DNA from: Octopus sinensis
Lineage: Eukaryota
DNA length: 64,000 nt
Assembly: GCF_006345805.1 (NCBI RefSeq)
Contig: NC_043016.1
Location: 16,120,001-16,184,000, forward strand
Reading direction: 5' to 3'
Shown one piece after another: positions 25,975-41,773 of the stretch. How positions within the stretch are numbered: position 1 is the stretch's first letter; the number at the start of each line of letters is the position of its first letter. Position numbers and translations under genes: made by a program. Under the pieces are notes generated by a model that was not told the origin of the DNA, did not search any database, and saw nothing but the letters and a program-made list of their open reading frames with translations.

Positions 25975-26630
25975 CTCATCATCATCATTGTCATTTAACG
26001 TCCACTTTCCATGCTGGCATGGGTTGGACAGTTTGACTGAGGACTGGTGAGCCAGAAGGCTGCACCAGGCTCAATCTAATTTGGCATGGTGCCTACAGCT
26101 GGATACCCTTCCTAATGCCAACCACTCCAAGAGTATAGTGGGTGTTTTTATGTGCCACCGGCATGAGGGCCAGTCAGGCAGTTCTGGCAACAGCCACGCT
26201 CAAAAGGTGTTTTTACGTGCTACCTGCACAGGAGCCAGTCTGGCGGCACAGGCAACGATCATGCTCCAATGTTGCTTTTTACGTGCCCCTGGCACATGTG
26301 CATGTAAGGCGACACTGGCAATGATCACGCTCGAATGGTGCTTTTCACGTGTCACCAGCACGGGAGCCAATCTGCAGCTCTGGCAATGATCACGCTTAGA
26401 TGTGCTTTTAACGTTTCACTGGCATGAATGCCTACCAGGTGGCATTGTCATTGGCCACATCAGCGATTTTGATTTGTTTACACTTGCTTCGAAAGGTCCT
26501 CACAAGCAAAGTTCATTTCCAATGATCATGAGTGGGCCGGTTACACCCCATGTTCGGATGTGCTTTTAACATTCCACTGGCATGAGTGCCAATCAGGCGG
26601 TACTGTCATCGGCCACATCAGCGATATATA
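25975..26630 (-). mobile_element. RTE LINE 3'UTR copy
   Basis: Family start catcatcat...tttaacgtccactttccatgctggcatgggttggac. Confidence 0.75.
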
Positions 26631-26639
26631 TATATATAT

Positions 26640-27525
<886 letters not shown>

Positions 27526-30500
27526 TATATAGTGTATAGTACATGAGTGGATAAGCATATGTGTTTGTGTCGTCTTGTCTTGAAATCAGACTAATCGTAA
27601 ACAAATATCATAGTCATACAAACACTGTGATTCATTTCCAATCTTCTGTGAAAACATGTCTGGCCATTGTGCTGTTTATGCTTGAAATACCAAGAGAAAC
27701 GGTACCTTGCTAAAAAAAACAGGTGAGAGTTGGTGACAGGTAGGGCATCGGGATGGTAGAAAATCTGCCTCAAAGAATTACACCTGATCCAAGGAAAGAT
27801 GGGATATTAAACTACCCAGCACCCCACCCCAAAAAACAAAACAAAACAAATAATTAATAAATAACTCTAATGGAAGAATAATTGCCAGATAAAAAGAAGG
27901 AATAGAATTTGAGTTTCTGTCCACAAAAATGGTTTGGTTTTGAGATAAAAATTAATGACAATGAGGGAACATCTATGTGGTCATTTGAATTGTTAGAAAT
28001 AGTAGCCAAATCTCCCCTAAATTACACCTTACTGTCTTTAAAAAAAGTAGGATACATTAAACCATTGTTTTCAACTGGTGAGGCACAGTGCAATGATGTA
28101 CTCCAAGGAAGAAGTACATTACTAATACTTGTATGTGTAATTTATGATTTCAGAAAATCTATACTAATCTTTGAGCTTCTTGAAAAAAAAAAAATGTTCA
28201 TAATTTTGTTTTATTCTTGGCTGAGTGGTTAAGCAGTTTAATTCACAACCATGTGATTTCAGGTTCAGCCCTACTGCATGGCACCTTGGGCAGGTACCTA
28301 TTGCAGTAGCTAAGGGTAACCAAAACCTTGAGAGATGGAAACAAAGAAATCCGTTGTCTGTGTGTGTAATGCATCAATCATCATCATCATCATCAACATT
28401 TAACGTCTGTTTTTCATACTAGCATGGGTTGCACGGTTTCACAGGATCTGGCAAAGCCAGGGGTCACACCAGGTGCCATAGTCAGTTTTGGCATGGTTGC
28501 TACAGCTGGATACCCTTCCTAATACCATCCACTTTACAGAGTGGACTGGGTGCTTTTTACATGGTACCAGCACCCATAATAATGCTTTTTACATGACACC
28601 TTCACTTTAGGATCCCAACTCTATTGTGGTGGGCGGGTCATCTTGAGTACAGCAAAGCACAACATACCTCAGTCTTCTGTCATCTCTTTTGTAAGACACA
28701 ACGTTTTTGAGATTGGCCTTCAATGGGTATGTATATTGTGTAATGTATGTATGAAATGTAATGTGTGTGTGTGTGTGTGCAGTGTAATGTATGTGTGCAT
28801 GGAAGTGTGGGTATGTGTCTTTTTGGTCTGACATCACATGAGAGTTGTAAACAAACAACACCATCATACAAGTGGGGATTTTCATTTCCAAACTACTGTG
28901 AAAACATGTCTGGTCAAGTGGAAATATTGCTTTGCTTGGAAACAGAAGAGTGCTGGTGACAGGAAGTGCATTCGGCCATAGAAAATGTGTTCCAACACAT
29001 CTTGTGTTACCCATGCAAACATAGAAAAGTGGATGTTAGGGAGATGATTAGGATTTCTGTAGAAATACCTTGTTTTCATTTTAATTGATTTTGAAAATAA
29101 TGAACAATTTTGATCAAATAATTTGTCATTAAATAAACTGAAGGTTGAAGCATAAATTAACAGGAAAATTTGACGGAAGGTTTTAATATAGATCACTTTA
29201 AATCAAGAATTTTGTATCATAGAACCAGTGGGGGTGGTCTCAGGTGGATTGCTATTAAAGTGATTTATAAAAGAAGCAGTTTTGCTTAAAATTAAGTTTT
29301 TACTTTGGAAGTTTGTTTTAAATTTTCCATAGATTTTCAATTTTCAGCTTTCCACATGAAGAGCAAAAGTTTTGTCACAAACGAGAACCAATAACATTGG
29401 ATGTCACAGAAAAAAAAAAGAAAGAAAGAGAGAAAAAGTGGGGGTCGGGGAGAAATTGACGAGACTGTCACAGCTAGAACAATTTTAATTTTAGGATTGT
29501 TTGATCAGGACTGACTTTGAACTAAACAACAACAATATTACTGGAATTATGAAAAAAAAAGATTTGGTTCCAGTAGAGCAATATTTTTGATGAAGAACCA
29601 TATTCTAAAAGAATGGAATGCAAAATACACTGCCAAACTTTGCTTAGAACACATCAAAGTCAGTCCAAGTTGAAGCCTGGATTCAACTAGAATCGCTGCA
29701 TTGGATGTCTGTTGGAGTAACAACAATAACAGCAGCAACAACAACATACGACCTTCAGCAACAAGCTGATTGCAACTGAAGTGAAAAAACAAAACAAAAC
29801 AAAACAAACCCAACAAAACTACTGATTGATAACGAAAAGTCATGGGACAATGTACAGAACACAGATCAATGTATTGGTAAAGATGGTCATGTGATAGCAA
29901 TAGGTAAGGCATGCTGGGTAATATGTAACTGAAATGGTATTGGATATATGAATGTATTATTGGTGTGGATTCTATGAGAGCAGAGAAGGTTTTGCATTAT
30001 AGATGAGAGGATGCAGATGTGTCTAACCCATATAAAGATATAAAAATGGACGTTGAAACATCGACAGTGGTGAATGGTGGTGGTGGTGGTAGGATTACTG
30101 GGGGTTAGTTATAGCAGAGCTGGGGTAGTAGTGTAAATATGGTAATGATTTAAGTGGTGATGTTTGTGGTGGTGGTGGTAGCAGTGATAGTGGTATTGAT
30201 GATGATGATGGTCATAGTGAAGTGGTAGTGGTGGTGTTGGGGATGCAGATGATAATGATGATTAAACTCTCTTAGATTAGATGTAATTAGCTCATCTCAT
30301 TCCTGACCCTAGCCCTATAAATGATAACCAATTACTTCAGCAGACCATATTTGTTCAACAGCTTGTCTGCTTTCTTTCTCATCAGACAAGAAAACCAAAC
30401 CTGAGCCAAACAAATCTCTACACGGTCACTCCACATGTTAGAAATAGCAGCCAAACCGCACACAAAATCATACCTTACTGTCTTAATAAAAAGGAAGGAT

Positions 30501-31289
30501 ACATATGTTATTTTGCAAATGGTGAATAGTATTTGTTTCATAAAATAAGTGCTTATTGTATTTTATTAAAAGAGGCTTTATTTCACAAACTATTGGAATT
30601 CTTTCAAAGACTAGGATTTCTGGAGAACTCTCTCTCTTTCTCTCTCACTCACACACAAAATGGATTATCACTGCTGAAGTATCTTTCATTATAAACCTGC
30701 TTGATCAAGGTTGACCAAGGGCTAAGCAACAATAATATCGTTACTATAGACACCATCAAAAAAGGACATATTTGGTTATATTCCTAGATACACTATATCT
30801 GTAAAAAATGAAATAGATGTAGAGAGTCATGGCTGGAACATGCTATGAATCAAAACAATATTGAACAAGAGGTGACCAAAGCTGTAATAACTGTCATCGT
30901 TTATAAAACAAATTCAACAGTCTTATTTTCCCTTAGTTATTGTTTAGCCCTGGGTCATTTCTGACCAGCATATCTATGATCATAGGATTTCCATCTTCTC
31001 TTTTTGTATAGCTAAGACTACATTGGCAAAGGGCTGTAGCCAAGTGGATAAGATGTTCCAGCCACATTTGTAAGACTGTACTTTTGATCCCCAGACTGGT
31101 GGGGGGGTCCTTAAACAAAATACTTCATTTCACACGACTACAGTTCACTAGCTGTAAATGGGATCCAGCAATATCTGGGAAGTTAACCCTGTGATGGACT
31201 GGCAACCCATCCAGGGTGAAATTTTGTAATTTGTTACTTATGTGCCATAGAAACTTTTGAGTCTTAGGGTCCATAACAGACCTAAGTCC

Positions 31290-31660
31290 AAGACTCCATT
31301 GTCTGTGTGTCCTTCTGTTTAGAAGATGGCAGGTTGTGTGATATGGAACATCAACAAACAAGTGTAAAAGTTTACCAAAGCTCCAGAGATGTGGTTCCTT
31401 AGAAGAATACCGAAGCTGTCTCAAGGTTCTAAGATGAGCTAAGACTACCAGAAAGTGGTCTTAGTTCAACAGCATAAAGAGGAGACCACAGACTCAGTTA
31501 TTTGGACAATACATGAGAAGAATGGGCGTTGAACATTTGCAGACAACTGAGAAACTGAAAACCAAGGAAGACAGAATAAGGGAAGATGTTTAATGGCCTG
31601 ATCATCTGGTTTAAGAAATACTGGCTCAGTAAGTAGCAAACTGAGTGTGGGACAGGAGGA
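31290..31660 (+). mobile_element. Decayed RTE/RTE-X-like RT C-terminal fragment
   Basis: gagatgtggttccttagaaga gives EMWFLRR; a downstream QLFGQYMRRMGVEHLQTTEK resembles the RQLxFxGHxxR motif. Confidence 0.55.
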
Positions 31661-31680
31661 TATGGAGGTAAATGATTGCT

Positions 31681-31761
<81 letters not shown>

Positions 31762-32705
31762 AATATGAAGTTATCTGGCTGCTATTTCTAGCAGGTTCAC
31801 TAACGGTATAAGTTCTTCAGTCTCTGAAAAGTGACTCCTGAACAATTCTTTCTCTTTAGGTTCACATTACACATCCAACAGACAACACACAATTCACTCT
31901 CTTCTCCCTCTCTTCCATACCAACGTAAGGCCGATGCCGACACCACCACCAATTATGATGAACCAATAAGGGAAAAACCACATGGTCACTTGACCAGCTA
32001 GAAATAGTGGCTTCTACATTGTCTCTTCAGCTATTAGAAATAACTGCCTAATTTCCCTCAAATCAAACTTCCACTAAATCCTTTTAGAAAGGACACATTG
32101 GCTAATATAGTCTTGTATTCCCTGCAGATAAGAAAAAGGCAGGTAGGTCACAAATGGAATGTCTTTGATCATATATTTACACGAGTAGTGCAAACGTGGG
32201 GCTAAACAACAACAACAAAAACCAAGACAACAACAACAACAACAACACTGCTACAAAACAAAAAGAAAAAGCTGTTTTGCCTAATATGCACACACACACA
32301 CACACTGCAACACTGCACCTCTTCACTTTGTTGTCACTGGAGGAGGCATCAACCATGAACTTTTGACATTATGCTGTTAAAGGAAGGGCAAGAGGGTGGG
32401 AACGAAGCGGAGGGTGGGGCATTGCCCCCTCTTACATCCCCTCAGCACCCAACATTAATTAGGTCAACCAGGTAATGGAATTCACAGATTGTGTGCTAAA
32501 AGATCACAGACGCAGGTAGAGAACAATACATATGCATATAATACACACACACACACACACACAAGCACAAAAGATACATATGCAATAAACCATACATGTG
32601 CATGCATACACAAATACAGTATATGTATCTATGTCTATCTACACACAAACACACATGTATATTCACACATACCCATTGTTACATGTATGAATATATATAT
32701 AGATA

Positions 32706-32747
<42 letters not shown>

Positions 32748-32846
32748 ACACACACACAGATATAGATATACAAATGTGCAAACCTAACCTTCAGAAGAAA
32801 GGTTAAACATCATTGCTTTATCAGTGACTTTTCAAATCCTTTACCA

Positions 32847-32880
<34 letters not shown>

Positions 32881-34194
32881 TGCTGTTTGTTATAAATTTT
32901 GTCACAATGACTGTAGCCATCTTGTTTCCCCTTTTTAGCTGCATTGATAAAGGAGCAGTGGCTAAATAATAAATGATTAACTATAAGACATAAGACATAA
33001 AACTAAAAAATATGGCTGCTCAGCAGAATGCAACAATATGGCCAGAATGTGCAGCATACAAGTGCAGAGCAGGAGCATGCTCAGAATGCAGCACCAGGCA
33101 CGAGATGGACGGTTCTGCAGTTTCTTGCTGAACGACCTGCACAAATGATTTGTTTATAGAGATCAAATGCTAAGCTCACTCCTTCCATTAAATCAATGTT
33201 GTTTGAACAGGTGCACAGGTGTGCCATGCGTCAGGTGTTACAAGTGATTGCAGAACAATGTGAGATGATAGGTTTTGCTCAAGAACACAATGCATCACCC
33301 AATCTAGGAATTGAAACCATGATCTAGCGATTGTGAGTGCAACACTTTAACCATTAGGCCATACTCCCTCACATACACAAACAAGTGTGTGTGTGTGTGT
33401 GCATGTGCAGGTATGTGTTACTGTCACCTTGCCTTAACTTTGTGTAATACTTGTAAAGAATCGTCACTGTTATAGAAGCAGCATTATTCGTTTCTAATAT
33501 TCTATGGAAACATGTCTGGCCATGAGGAAATATTACCTTAATTGCAAACAGGTGAGGTTTAACAACAGGAAAGGTATCCAGCCATAGAAAATCTTCAAAT
33601 AAAATTCTGTCCAACCCATGCAGGGAAGGAAAAGTGAATGTTAAACTGATGATGACAACGATATTTACTACTTTTTTAAAAAGTATATGCAGGGCAGGGC
33701 AACAACATCCGCTGGCTGTAGCTATAATGTATGTAAGAGTTACATCAAAAGTCCACAGGGATCTGGGATAGGTGCAGTTAGAGAGATCTGTAAGTCACTC
33801 CAAGTTGTTGGGTCAACCATCTACATGCTGACCAGAGCCTGTCCAGTGGTGTTGCTGACTCAGAAACAACAACAATCAACAACATTAACAACCAATCATT
33901 TATATACAATAGACCTGCTGGATGATCATGGCTGACCTGGGGTTATACAACAACAGGCAAAATAAAGATAAGTCACAAGTCTTTTAGACCAGGAATGGTC
34001 TGGGGGTAAAATAACAACAACTGACATTGCTTATATGTCACAGGTTGGCTGGATTGAGGATGACCTGGGGCTACACAACAACAGCTCTAGTATTACTTTG
34101 GTGTATTCAGCCCCTTGGTCAAGTGTCTTCTACAGCCTCTGGCCAACGGAAACCTTGTGAGTGGTTTTCATACATAGAAACTGAAATAAGTCCA

Positions 34195-34450
34195 TTGTGT
34201 GTGTGTATGTGTGAGATTGTGTGTGTGTGACTGTGTGTGTGTGACTATGTGTGTGTGACTGTGTGTGTGTGTGTGTGACTGTGTGTGTGTGTGTGTGACT
34301 GTGTGTGTGTGAGTGACTGTGTGTGTGTGTGTGTGACTGTGTGTGTGTGTGTGACTGTGTGTGTGTGTGACTGTGTGTGTGTGTGACTGTGTGTGTGACT
34401 GTGTGTGTGTGTGTGACTGTGTGTGTGTGTGTGACTGTATGTGTGTGTGA
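34195..34450. repeat. (TG)n-derived minisatellite with periodic GAC interruptions
   Basis: gtgtgactgtgtgtgt units. Confidence 0.95.
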
Positions 34451-34965
34451 GATGGCATGATTGTTGTAAATGAACAGCAGAGTCTTACAAGCAGTGTCAT
34501 CCATTTCTAGTCTTCTGCCATGGGGAAATATTACCGTACCCGGAGACAGGTGAGGAAAAATCTACCTTAATAAACTCCATCCAACCCATGTAAGCATGCA
34601 AAAATAGATGTTAAAATGATGATGATGATGATGGTAATTTAAGAATTTGAATATATATGGATATAAACTTTTAAAATTGGTCCACCAGCAACAAATAACA
34701 GTAATAATAATAACAATAATAATAATAATAATAATAATAGTAGTAGTAATAATAATCCAGATTACATAATCCTTTCTCTCTCTCCCCTTTTCTTTCCTTA
34801 ACAATTAACAAAGGAAGCATTGGGGGAAGGGAAATGGCTGTTAATTAGGTTAATGATGTTTGCTGATGAGATTCAGTAAATTTAGTTGCAATTATTTTTG
34901 GATAGTGTTTATGAAAAGGGTGTATATGCTTGTATATGTGTGTGGAGCATATATATATATATATA

Positions 34966-35152
34966 TGTAGGTCCCGGGTTGATTCGGGGTTAACCACAGT
35001 AAATAAGGTACTCAATACATAGCAGAGTAAAATTATTTATTATATAGAAGGAGCTTCTACAGGACTAGAACTGTTTCATTCAAGAGAAATCTGAAGATTT
35101 CTCTTGAATGAAACAGTTCTAGTCCTGTAGAAGCTCCTTCTATATAATAAAT
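34966..35152. mobile_element. Penelope pLTR-like relic folded into a 58-bp-arm palindrome
   Basis: Arms 35035-35092 and 35095-35152 are perfect inverted copies; the centre reads ctgaaga...gaaac...gtc. Confidence 0.6.
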
Positions 35153-36639
35153 TAATATATATATTATATATATATATATAAATGTGTGTATCTTGTTTTA
35201 CCAGAAGCTATGAATTACATGATTCATAACAAACGTAGAGTATTCTTCAATACATTATAATTGAAAGGCTCCAATTTTCAGGACTCAGAGTAACTGTTTG
35301 TGGATCATCAGCTGGTAAACTGAGCCTGGATTTTCTTTTGAAATATCCATTGTTTGAATATTTTTTGAAATATGAAATGAAAGTTTGAAGGAAACACTTA
35401 TCGTTATGACTAGAAAATTTGCCTCAATAAACCTTGTCTGACCCATGGAAGTATAGAAAAGTTGATATTAAAATGATGACACACACACAGAGGTTGAAGT
35501 ATAAAAGATCAACAACATAACATATTGTAGAATAACTAATGGTAAAATGTCTCTGGTACGGATAATGGAATAAGTTTGACAGTGAATAAAGAACCATGTG
35601 GAAGGATCCCATAGAAGAAGGAAACCAATGAAGATATAAAGAGAAGTGGTGAGTGCAGATCCCAGAAAGATGAAATTTGCAAAAGAGATGACAATGAAAT
35701 GCAACACATGGCAGGTGGAATCATCATCATCATCATCATCGTTTAAAGTGTACCTTCCATGCTGGCATGGGTTGGACGGTTTGACTGGAATTGACCAGGG
35801 AAGAGCCTGCATCAGATTTCTGTGTCTGTTTTGGCAGGATTTTTACTGCTGGTTACCCTTTCTAACACCAACCACTTTACAGTGTGGACTGGATGCTCCA
35901 GCATTGGCAGGTTCACCAAGTAACTTGCAAGACAGAGATCTTTTGAGAAGGGAAGGGGCATTGGAGGAAGGGATCTTGTGTCAGAGGATGAAAGGTCAGA
36001 GTGTGATAGAGGGACAGAAATAGGTGTCTTGCTGTAGGGGAGGTACATGGTTACCTGGACGGGGAGAGGGAGAGAGAGAGAGAGAGAGAGACACACACAC
36101 ACACACACACACACAGACAGAGAGATCAGGATTGAGGACAGAAACGTGTGCTGCTACATGTTTGCCCAAACTGGGGGAAGAGCAGGAGAGGGAGAGAGCG
36201 GGACACAGCAGGAATGCAAGAGGGAACAGGAGAGAGATGGTGGTAAAATGTCGGGCATAATGACAAGGGACAGGGGGCAAATAAAGAAGAGAGAGACAAA
36301 TGGTGGCAAGTGCCAGGGCATACCTTTGAAGTACAAAGATAATAATAGAAGTGGTAGGACATTGTTGAAGAAGCATGAGTGGCGAGTGGGGGAAGGGAGT
36401 GGTGAAAACCTGGGTATATAGAAGGGGACGGCTACAGGATAGCAATGATACTGTGAAACAGGGTCATGGGGACAGGATTGAGGAGTGAGAGGTAAGCATA
36501 GTGCATGAAAGAAGATATGTGAAGAAGGGAACAGATGAAGTTTGGTTTATTAGGGTAGGGTGTGTGAAAAGTTTTCTTGTTACATGTGAGTGGAACACAC
36601 AGGGCTTCTAAAACTCAGTTTCACTGATGTGGGTGGGTT

Positions 36640-38750
36640 TTCTCAAGGACCTCATATTGCCAGACATCTCAGTCCATTGTCATTTCCTCCATGAGACTCA
36701 ACATCCTAAGGTCGGTTCTTACCACTTCATACCATGTCTTCCTGGTTCTCCCTCTTCTGTGGGTACCCTCCACTTTCCATGATCAGCACTTCTTTATACA
36801 GCTGTCTTCATATGCATCACATCTCCAAACCAACATAGTCTTCTCTCTTGCATGCTGTATTTGATTTCTCCTATGCCTAGCTTTTCTCTCAATATATTTG
36901 CACTTTGTCGAACATGTACATCCAGTGGAACATACTACCTTAATTTCTCTCCAGTCTAAACATGTCTTCTGCATTCAGAGTCCATGTCTCACTACCATGG
37001 AGTATAGCCGTTCGCACACAAGCATCATATAGTCTACCTTGCCAACAGAGGTAATAGCTCTCTGAACTTCCTCCATCCTATTCTTATTCTAGAAACAATA
37101 ACTTTCAGAGCATCCTCCACCATTACTAATTTGGTCACCTGAATAGCAGAAACCATCCACACCTTCAAGAGAGCCTCCTGGGCATTTAAGAGAATCAAAG
37201 TCCTGTGTGCTCTTAGTGCTTATTGTTCCTGCACATCTGCCACATACAAAGATGACTTTACCTGTCTTTGATTCCACTGCACCTCTTAGGTGTCCATAGC
37301 TTACACGGGGTGCAGTGAATGGAATTCCTTCCAACTCCTTTCCTACACATTGAGCAGGGCCATTTACCTGACAGAAGGGGAGTTTTATCTTCTTTCTTAT
37401 TAACAATAACTTTGGTCTTTGCTAGGCTAACTTTAAGGCCCTTTGATTCTAATGTTTGTTTCCATACCAGGTATTTCTGCTACAGATTCTGCAATAAGAG
37501 TGAGGTTATCAGTATAAAGTAGTTCCTATGGGCATCCAGTTTTGAATTCCTCTATCATGGCTTGGAGGACTACAATGAATAAGAGTGGGTTGAGAGACGT
37601 GGACTCCTACTTGTATGCTAAATTCATCACTGTATTCAAGGCCAACTCTCACCTTATTAACAGCACCACTGTACATGGCTTGTACAGCTCTAACAAACCA
37701 CTCCTCTACTCTTAACTTCCTTAGAGGACACCCGATAACAGAGCAGGGGACTCTGTCGAAACCTTTCTCCAGGTCAATGAAGGCTAAGTACAATGGTTTA
37801 CTTTTGGCCAAATACTTTTCCTGAAGTTGTCTCACTAAGAAGATGGCATCTATGCTACTTTTCCCAGGTACAAAACCAAACTGCATCTCATCCAGTTTAA
37901 TTCTATCCCTAATTAGTTGAGATATAACTCTCTCAGTAACTTTCATGACTTGGTCTAAGTTTTGATACCTCTGTAGTTGTTTCTATCTAAAACACAGAAG
38001 CAGTTAACTATAATACTACTACTACACTAGTCATTGGAAATAGTGCCTTCCTGAATAACCTGATTAACTATACAGGTGACTAGACTTTATTCTACACCAC
38101 CAAATATTTTAGTCATCTCTGCAGTGATTCCTGATTACCCAGGAGCTTTCCCTGACCTCATATCCTTAATTGCCTTACCTATTATGCTGCTATCAACTCT
38201 GATGGCTAGTCCCTCAATTGGTTTGATATTTGAAAGACTCTCTTTTTCCCATTAATTTTCCACATTTAGTAACCTTTCATACATCTTTCTTCTGTGAGTC
38301 ACTAAATGCAAACACACCATTATCCATTTGCACACATTTCTCACCCACCACATCTCTATTCTCTTTGATACACGGCTTTGCAATCCTGAACATCTCATGC
38401 CTCTGATCCTCATGCTATAAAACACTGGCAAACCCCTTATCTATGACTATTCTTTTTGCTATGTAAACCTGTCACCTACCCCCCACCCCTTTCTGGCTAC
38501 ATGATATAATTATCTGTTTTCACCATTTTCCCAGTCTCTGTTTTTATAGAACTGTCCACCTCCTTGTTCCATCATGTCGTCTGCAGTCTAGCTTGGACTT
38601 TCCGCCAACCACAGATTTGGTCTGCAGCCATCAGTAGATTGTCCTGCAGGAATTTCCAATTGCCCTCTAATTGTCCCTACGTTCTCCTCTCTATCGTCAG
38701 AGGCTGCCATTAGAATGTCTCTGAATTTCTGTCTGAATATGATTTAAGGG
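36640..38750 (-). mobile_element. Decayed RTE LINE ORF (RT domain)
   Basis: LDEMQFGFVPGKSSIDAIFLVRQLQEKYLAKSKPLYLAFIDLEKGFDRVP; upstream WNKEVDS; downstream FCYSGDQISNGGGCSES; many stops and frameshifts. Confidence 0.92.
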
Positions 38751-39559
38751 ATTAGAAAATGCAAAATTATGGTTTCTGATTTAGGTACAAATCCAGAAAT
38801 TCTGAGTGGATGGGATAAAGTACCAATCATGACCCTAGTTCATGACTGGTACTTTATTTTGTTGACCCCACAAAATTGGAAACTTGAACTTGGAGCATAA
38901 ATTATGAGAAGGAATACAAGACCCTTCTTCCAACATTGTAGTGATCCTGTCAGCTCAATAATGTTTGAGGGTCTTAGAAAAACACTTTTCTTACCCTCAA
39001 TTATCATTTTCAAACATAATAACCATTAAGTGTGGAGATACTTGTAGTTAAAAAGCTCACTTTGCAACTATATGGGTTTTAAGTTCAATCCCAACAAACT
39101 AAAAGTAGACTTAAAAGTAAGTCCTGGGCCAATTTGTTCAACTAAATCTGTCAAGGAAGTGCCCCAGCTTGGCCACTGTCAATGACTGAAACAAATAAAA
39201 GATTGCAGCTCTCACATCAGATAATTCAGGATAATCAAATTTTCCATTTGACAAAATATCGGCAGAGCATTGGACAAGATAGCCAATGGCTTTTGATTAT
39301 GACACTTTAAATTCTACACAAATCCACACTATATTTCAAGTACAGGGGTTAATATTGTCGATTAAACCTCCGAAAGTGGTGCACAAGCATGACCAAACTC
39401 CAGTAAAGGAGGCCAGAAAATGGAAAATAAAAGATTAAAGAATAATCTAAAGTTTTGCATATTTTATTTCTTTTATAAGTTGTGATTGTATGTGGAAGAT
39501 GCACAGGAACCATAAAAACTACCGAGATTCGGGAAATTGATTCTCTCGAATACCCTGGT

Positions 39560-40545
39560 GGCTCATTAGAGGTAGAAGATAATTTCTGTCAGCTTGGGGG
39601 ACCAAATTAGTAGTGGGGGAGGATGCACAGAGAGTGTGATAACTAGAATAAGATGGAAGAAATTCAGAGAGCTGTTACCTCTGTTGGCCTTGAAAAGTTT
39701 CTCTCTCTGAGTGAAAAGAAGATTGTATGATGCATGTATAGAGACAGCAGTTCTACATGCTAGTGAGATGTGATCCCAGGAGGCAGAGGAGAAGCAAAGG
39801 TTAGAAAGAAAAAGAAGCTAGTATGCTCTGTTGGATGTGTAATATAAGTGTACAAGTTCTACAGAGTGCTACTGTATTGAGAGAGAAGTTGGGCACAAGA
39901 GGAATTAGAAGTAATATGCAAAAGACTGTGTTGGTTTGGTCATGTGATGTGGATGGATGCCGATATAGGTCCATAAAAGAAGTACTGATCTCTCAAATTA
40001 AATGGAACACATGGAAGCGGGGGGGGGGGACTCAGAAAGACATGAAGCAAAGTACTGAAAGACAACCCTAGGATGCTGAACCTTTCAGACAAGATGACAA
40101 AGGACCAAGAAGCCTGGTACCTTGCTGTACTCAAGAAGAGTTATACTCCACAGCAGAAGTGTTAAAGTCAGTTCCCCTGGCAAAGAGGATTGGCCTGCAA
40201 GCATCTGGTACTATTGTAAAAGGTACTCATGCTGGTACCACATGAAAGCACCTGTGCTGGTGCCACATGAGAGCACATGTGCTGGTGCCACATGAGAGCA
40301 CCTGTGCTGGCACCACATGAGACCACATGTGCTGGTGTCACATAAAAGCACTTGTGCTGGTATCACATAAAAGCTTTCAGCATGCACTGTAAAGTGGTTG
40401 GCATTAGGAAGTGCATCCAGTCATAGAAACCATGCCAAATCAGACTGGAGCCTGATGCAGTTCCCCAGCTTGTCAGCTCTGGTCAAACTGTCCAACCCAT
40501 GCCAGCATGGAAAACAGATGTTAAATGATGATGATGATGATGATG
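39560..40545 (+). mobile_element. RTE LINE 3' portion (RT C-terminus, 22-23-bp sub-repeats, UTR, (GAT)n tail)
   Basis: SLEVEDNFC...DQISSGGGCTESVITRIRWKKFRELLPLL and MLCWMCNISV...LREKLGTRGI; the UTR matches the family. Confidence 0.88.
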
Positions 40546-40590
40546 AAGGTCGTTATTAAAATCAACCAAAATAGGGGTTTTTACCTTCAG

Positions 40591-40705
40591 GTTGTTGAGT
40601 CACCTCAACTTTTGAAAAAGCTGAGTAAAGACAAAGAACCCATTGATATAACAAATCAGAGTGGAAAGGTCAAACATATCAGGATTATCCAAGAGAGCAG
40701 AATTG
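40591..40705 (+). CDS. Candidate exon of an unidentified gene antisense to PPP4R4
   Basis: Acceptor ttttaccttcag|, donor G|gtaaat, open frame VVESPQLLKKLSKDKEPIDITNQSGKVKHIRIIQESRI, non-repetitive. Confidence 0.4.
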
Positions 40706-41731
40706 GTAAATAACGTTTTATTTATCAAACTATAAAAAAATATCAAAAATATGTTGAAGATTTTCATTTGTTTGTTGGATGTTTTTGCTTTTATCTTTTG
40801 TGTGAAAAAGTTAAGAATATTTAGTTTGAGTGAAAAGGTCAATTTTAAGTGTGCTTTTATAAGCAGGAAAAAAAATGGTTAAAAGTAGAATATAAAGAGA
40901 GACAGAGAATTATATAATAAACCTATTTAATTCACAATAGCACAGATCTGATGTGACTTGTGTACATATGAATTAAGAAACTTTTTTGCCTTCAGTTAAG
41001 ATCATTTAGGAAAACCTTTGCAAATGTAGAACTAGCAGTGATGAAGAATAAATTAACTTTGGGTTAGTTAAAATACGTTTGTCAAAGACAAATTCACTGC
41101 AGTTGCTGAGAAGAAGAAAAATTCTCTCTTATGGTAAAAAGTGTAAAAAGACCATATCTGCCCAGTGCTTCCCCCTTGTTGATTCCCAAATGTATTTCTG
41201 GTTGTTTAGCTTCTTCAATGGCATATACCAAAGAGAGATAACCCTGAGTAGATTCAAAGCCATAGTTTTAACTAAAAAAACCAGTTAATATCAGTGACTG
41301 AGTTGTGTTTGTGAACTGCCAGTTCAGGATAAGTATAGCAGCATCAACACCAAGCAATGATGAAGAATAAATGGATTTTAGGTTAGTTAAAATATATTTG
41401 TGGTAATGTGATAATAACTAAAGAGCTAGAAATGCATCTGGGAATCTGCTAGAGGGAATCACTGGAAAGATTTGATGTTTTTACACCTTTTTACCATAAG
41501 AGAGAATATTTTCTCCACTGTAACTGCAGTCACAAACATGTTTTAACTAACTGGAAGTTCATATCTCACTGTCTCTCTATCTATATTCATCCGTCTATCC
41601 ATCTATCTGAGTGTCTATCTGTCTATCTATTCATCTATACGTCTATCCATCTATCTATCTGAGTGTCTATCTATCTATCCATCTGTCTATCTATTCATCT
41701 ATACGTCTATCTACCTGTCCATCCATCTGTA

Positions 41732-41773
<42 letters not shown>

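Noticed and set aside
41100-41345. Minus frame YGFESTQGYLSLVYAIEEAKQPEIHLG...
   Set aside because: Lies between two ~45-bp direct repeats (41035 and 41355) and lacks convincing splice sites; probably an old repeat.
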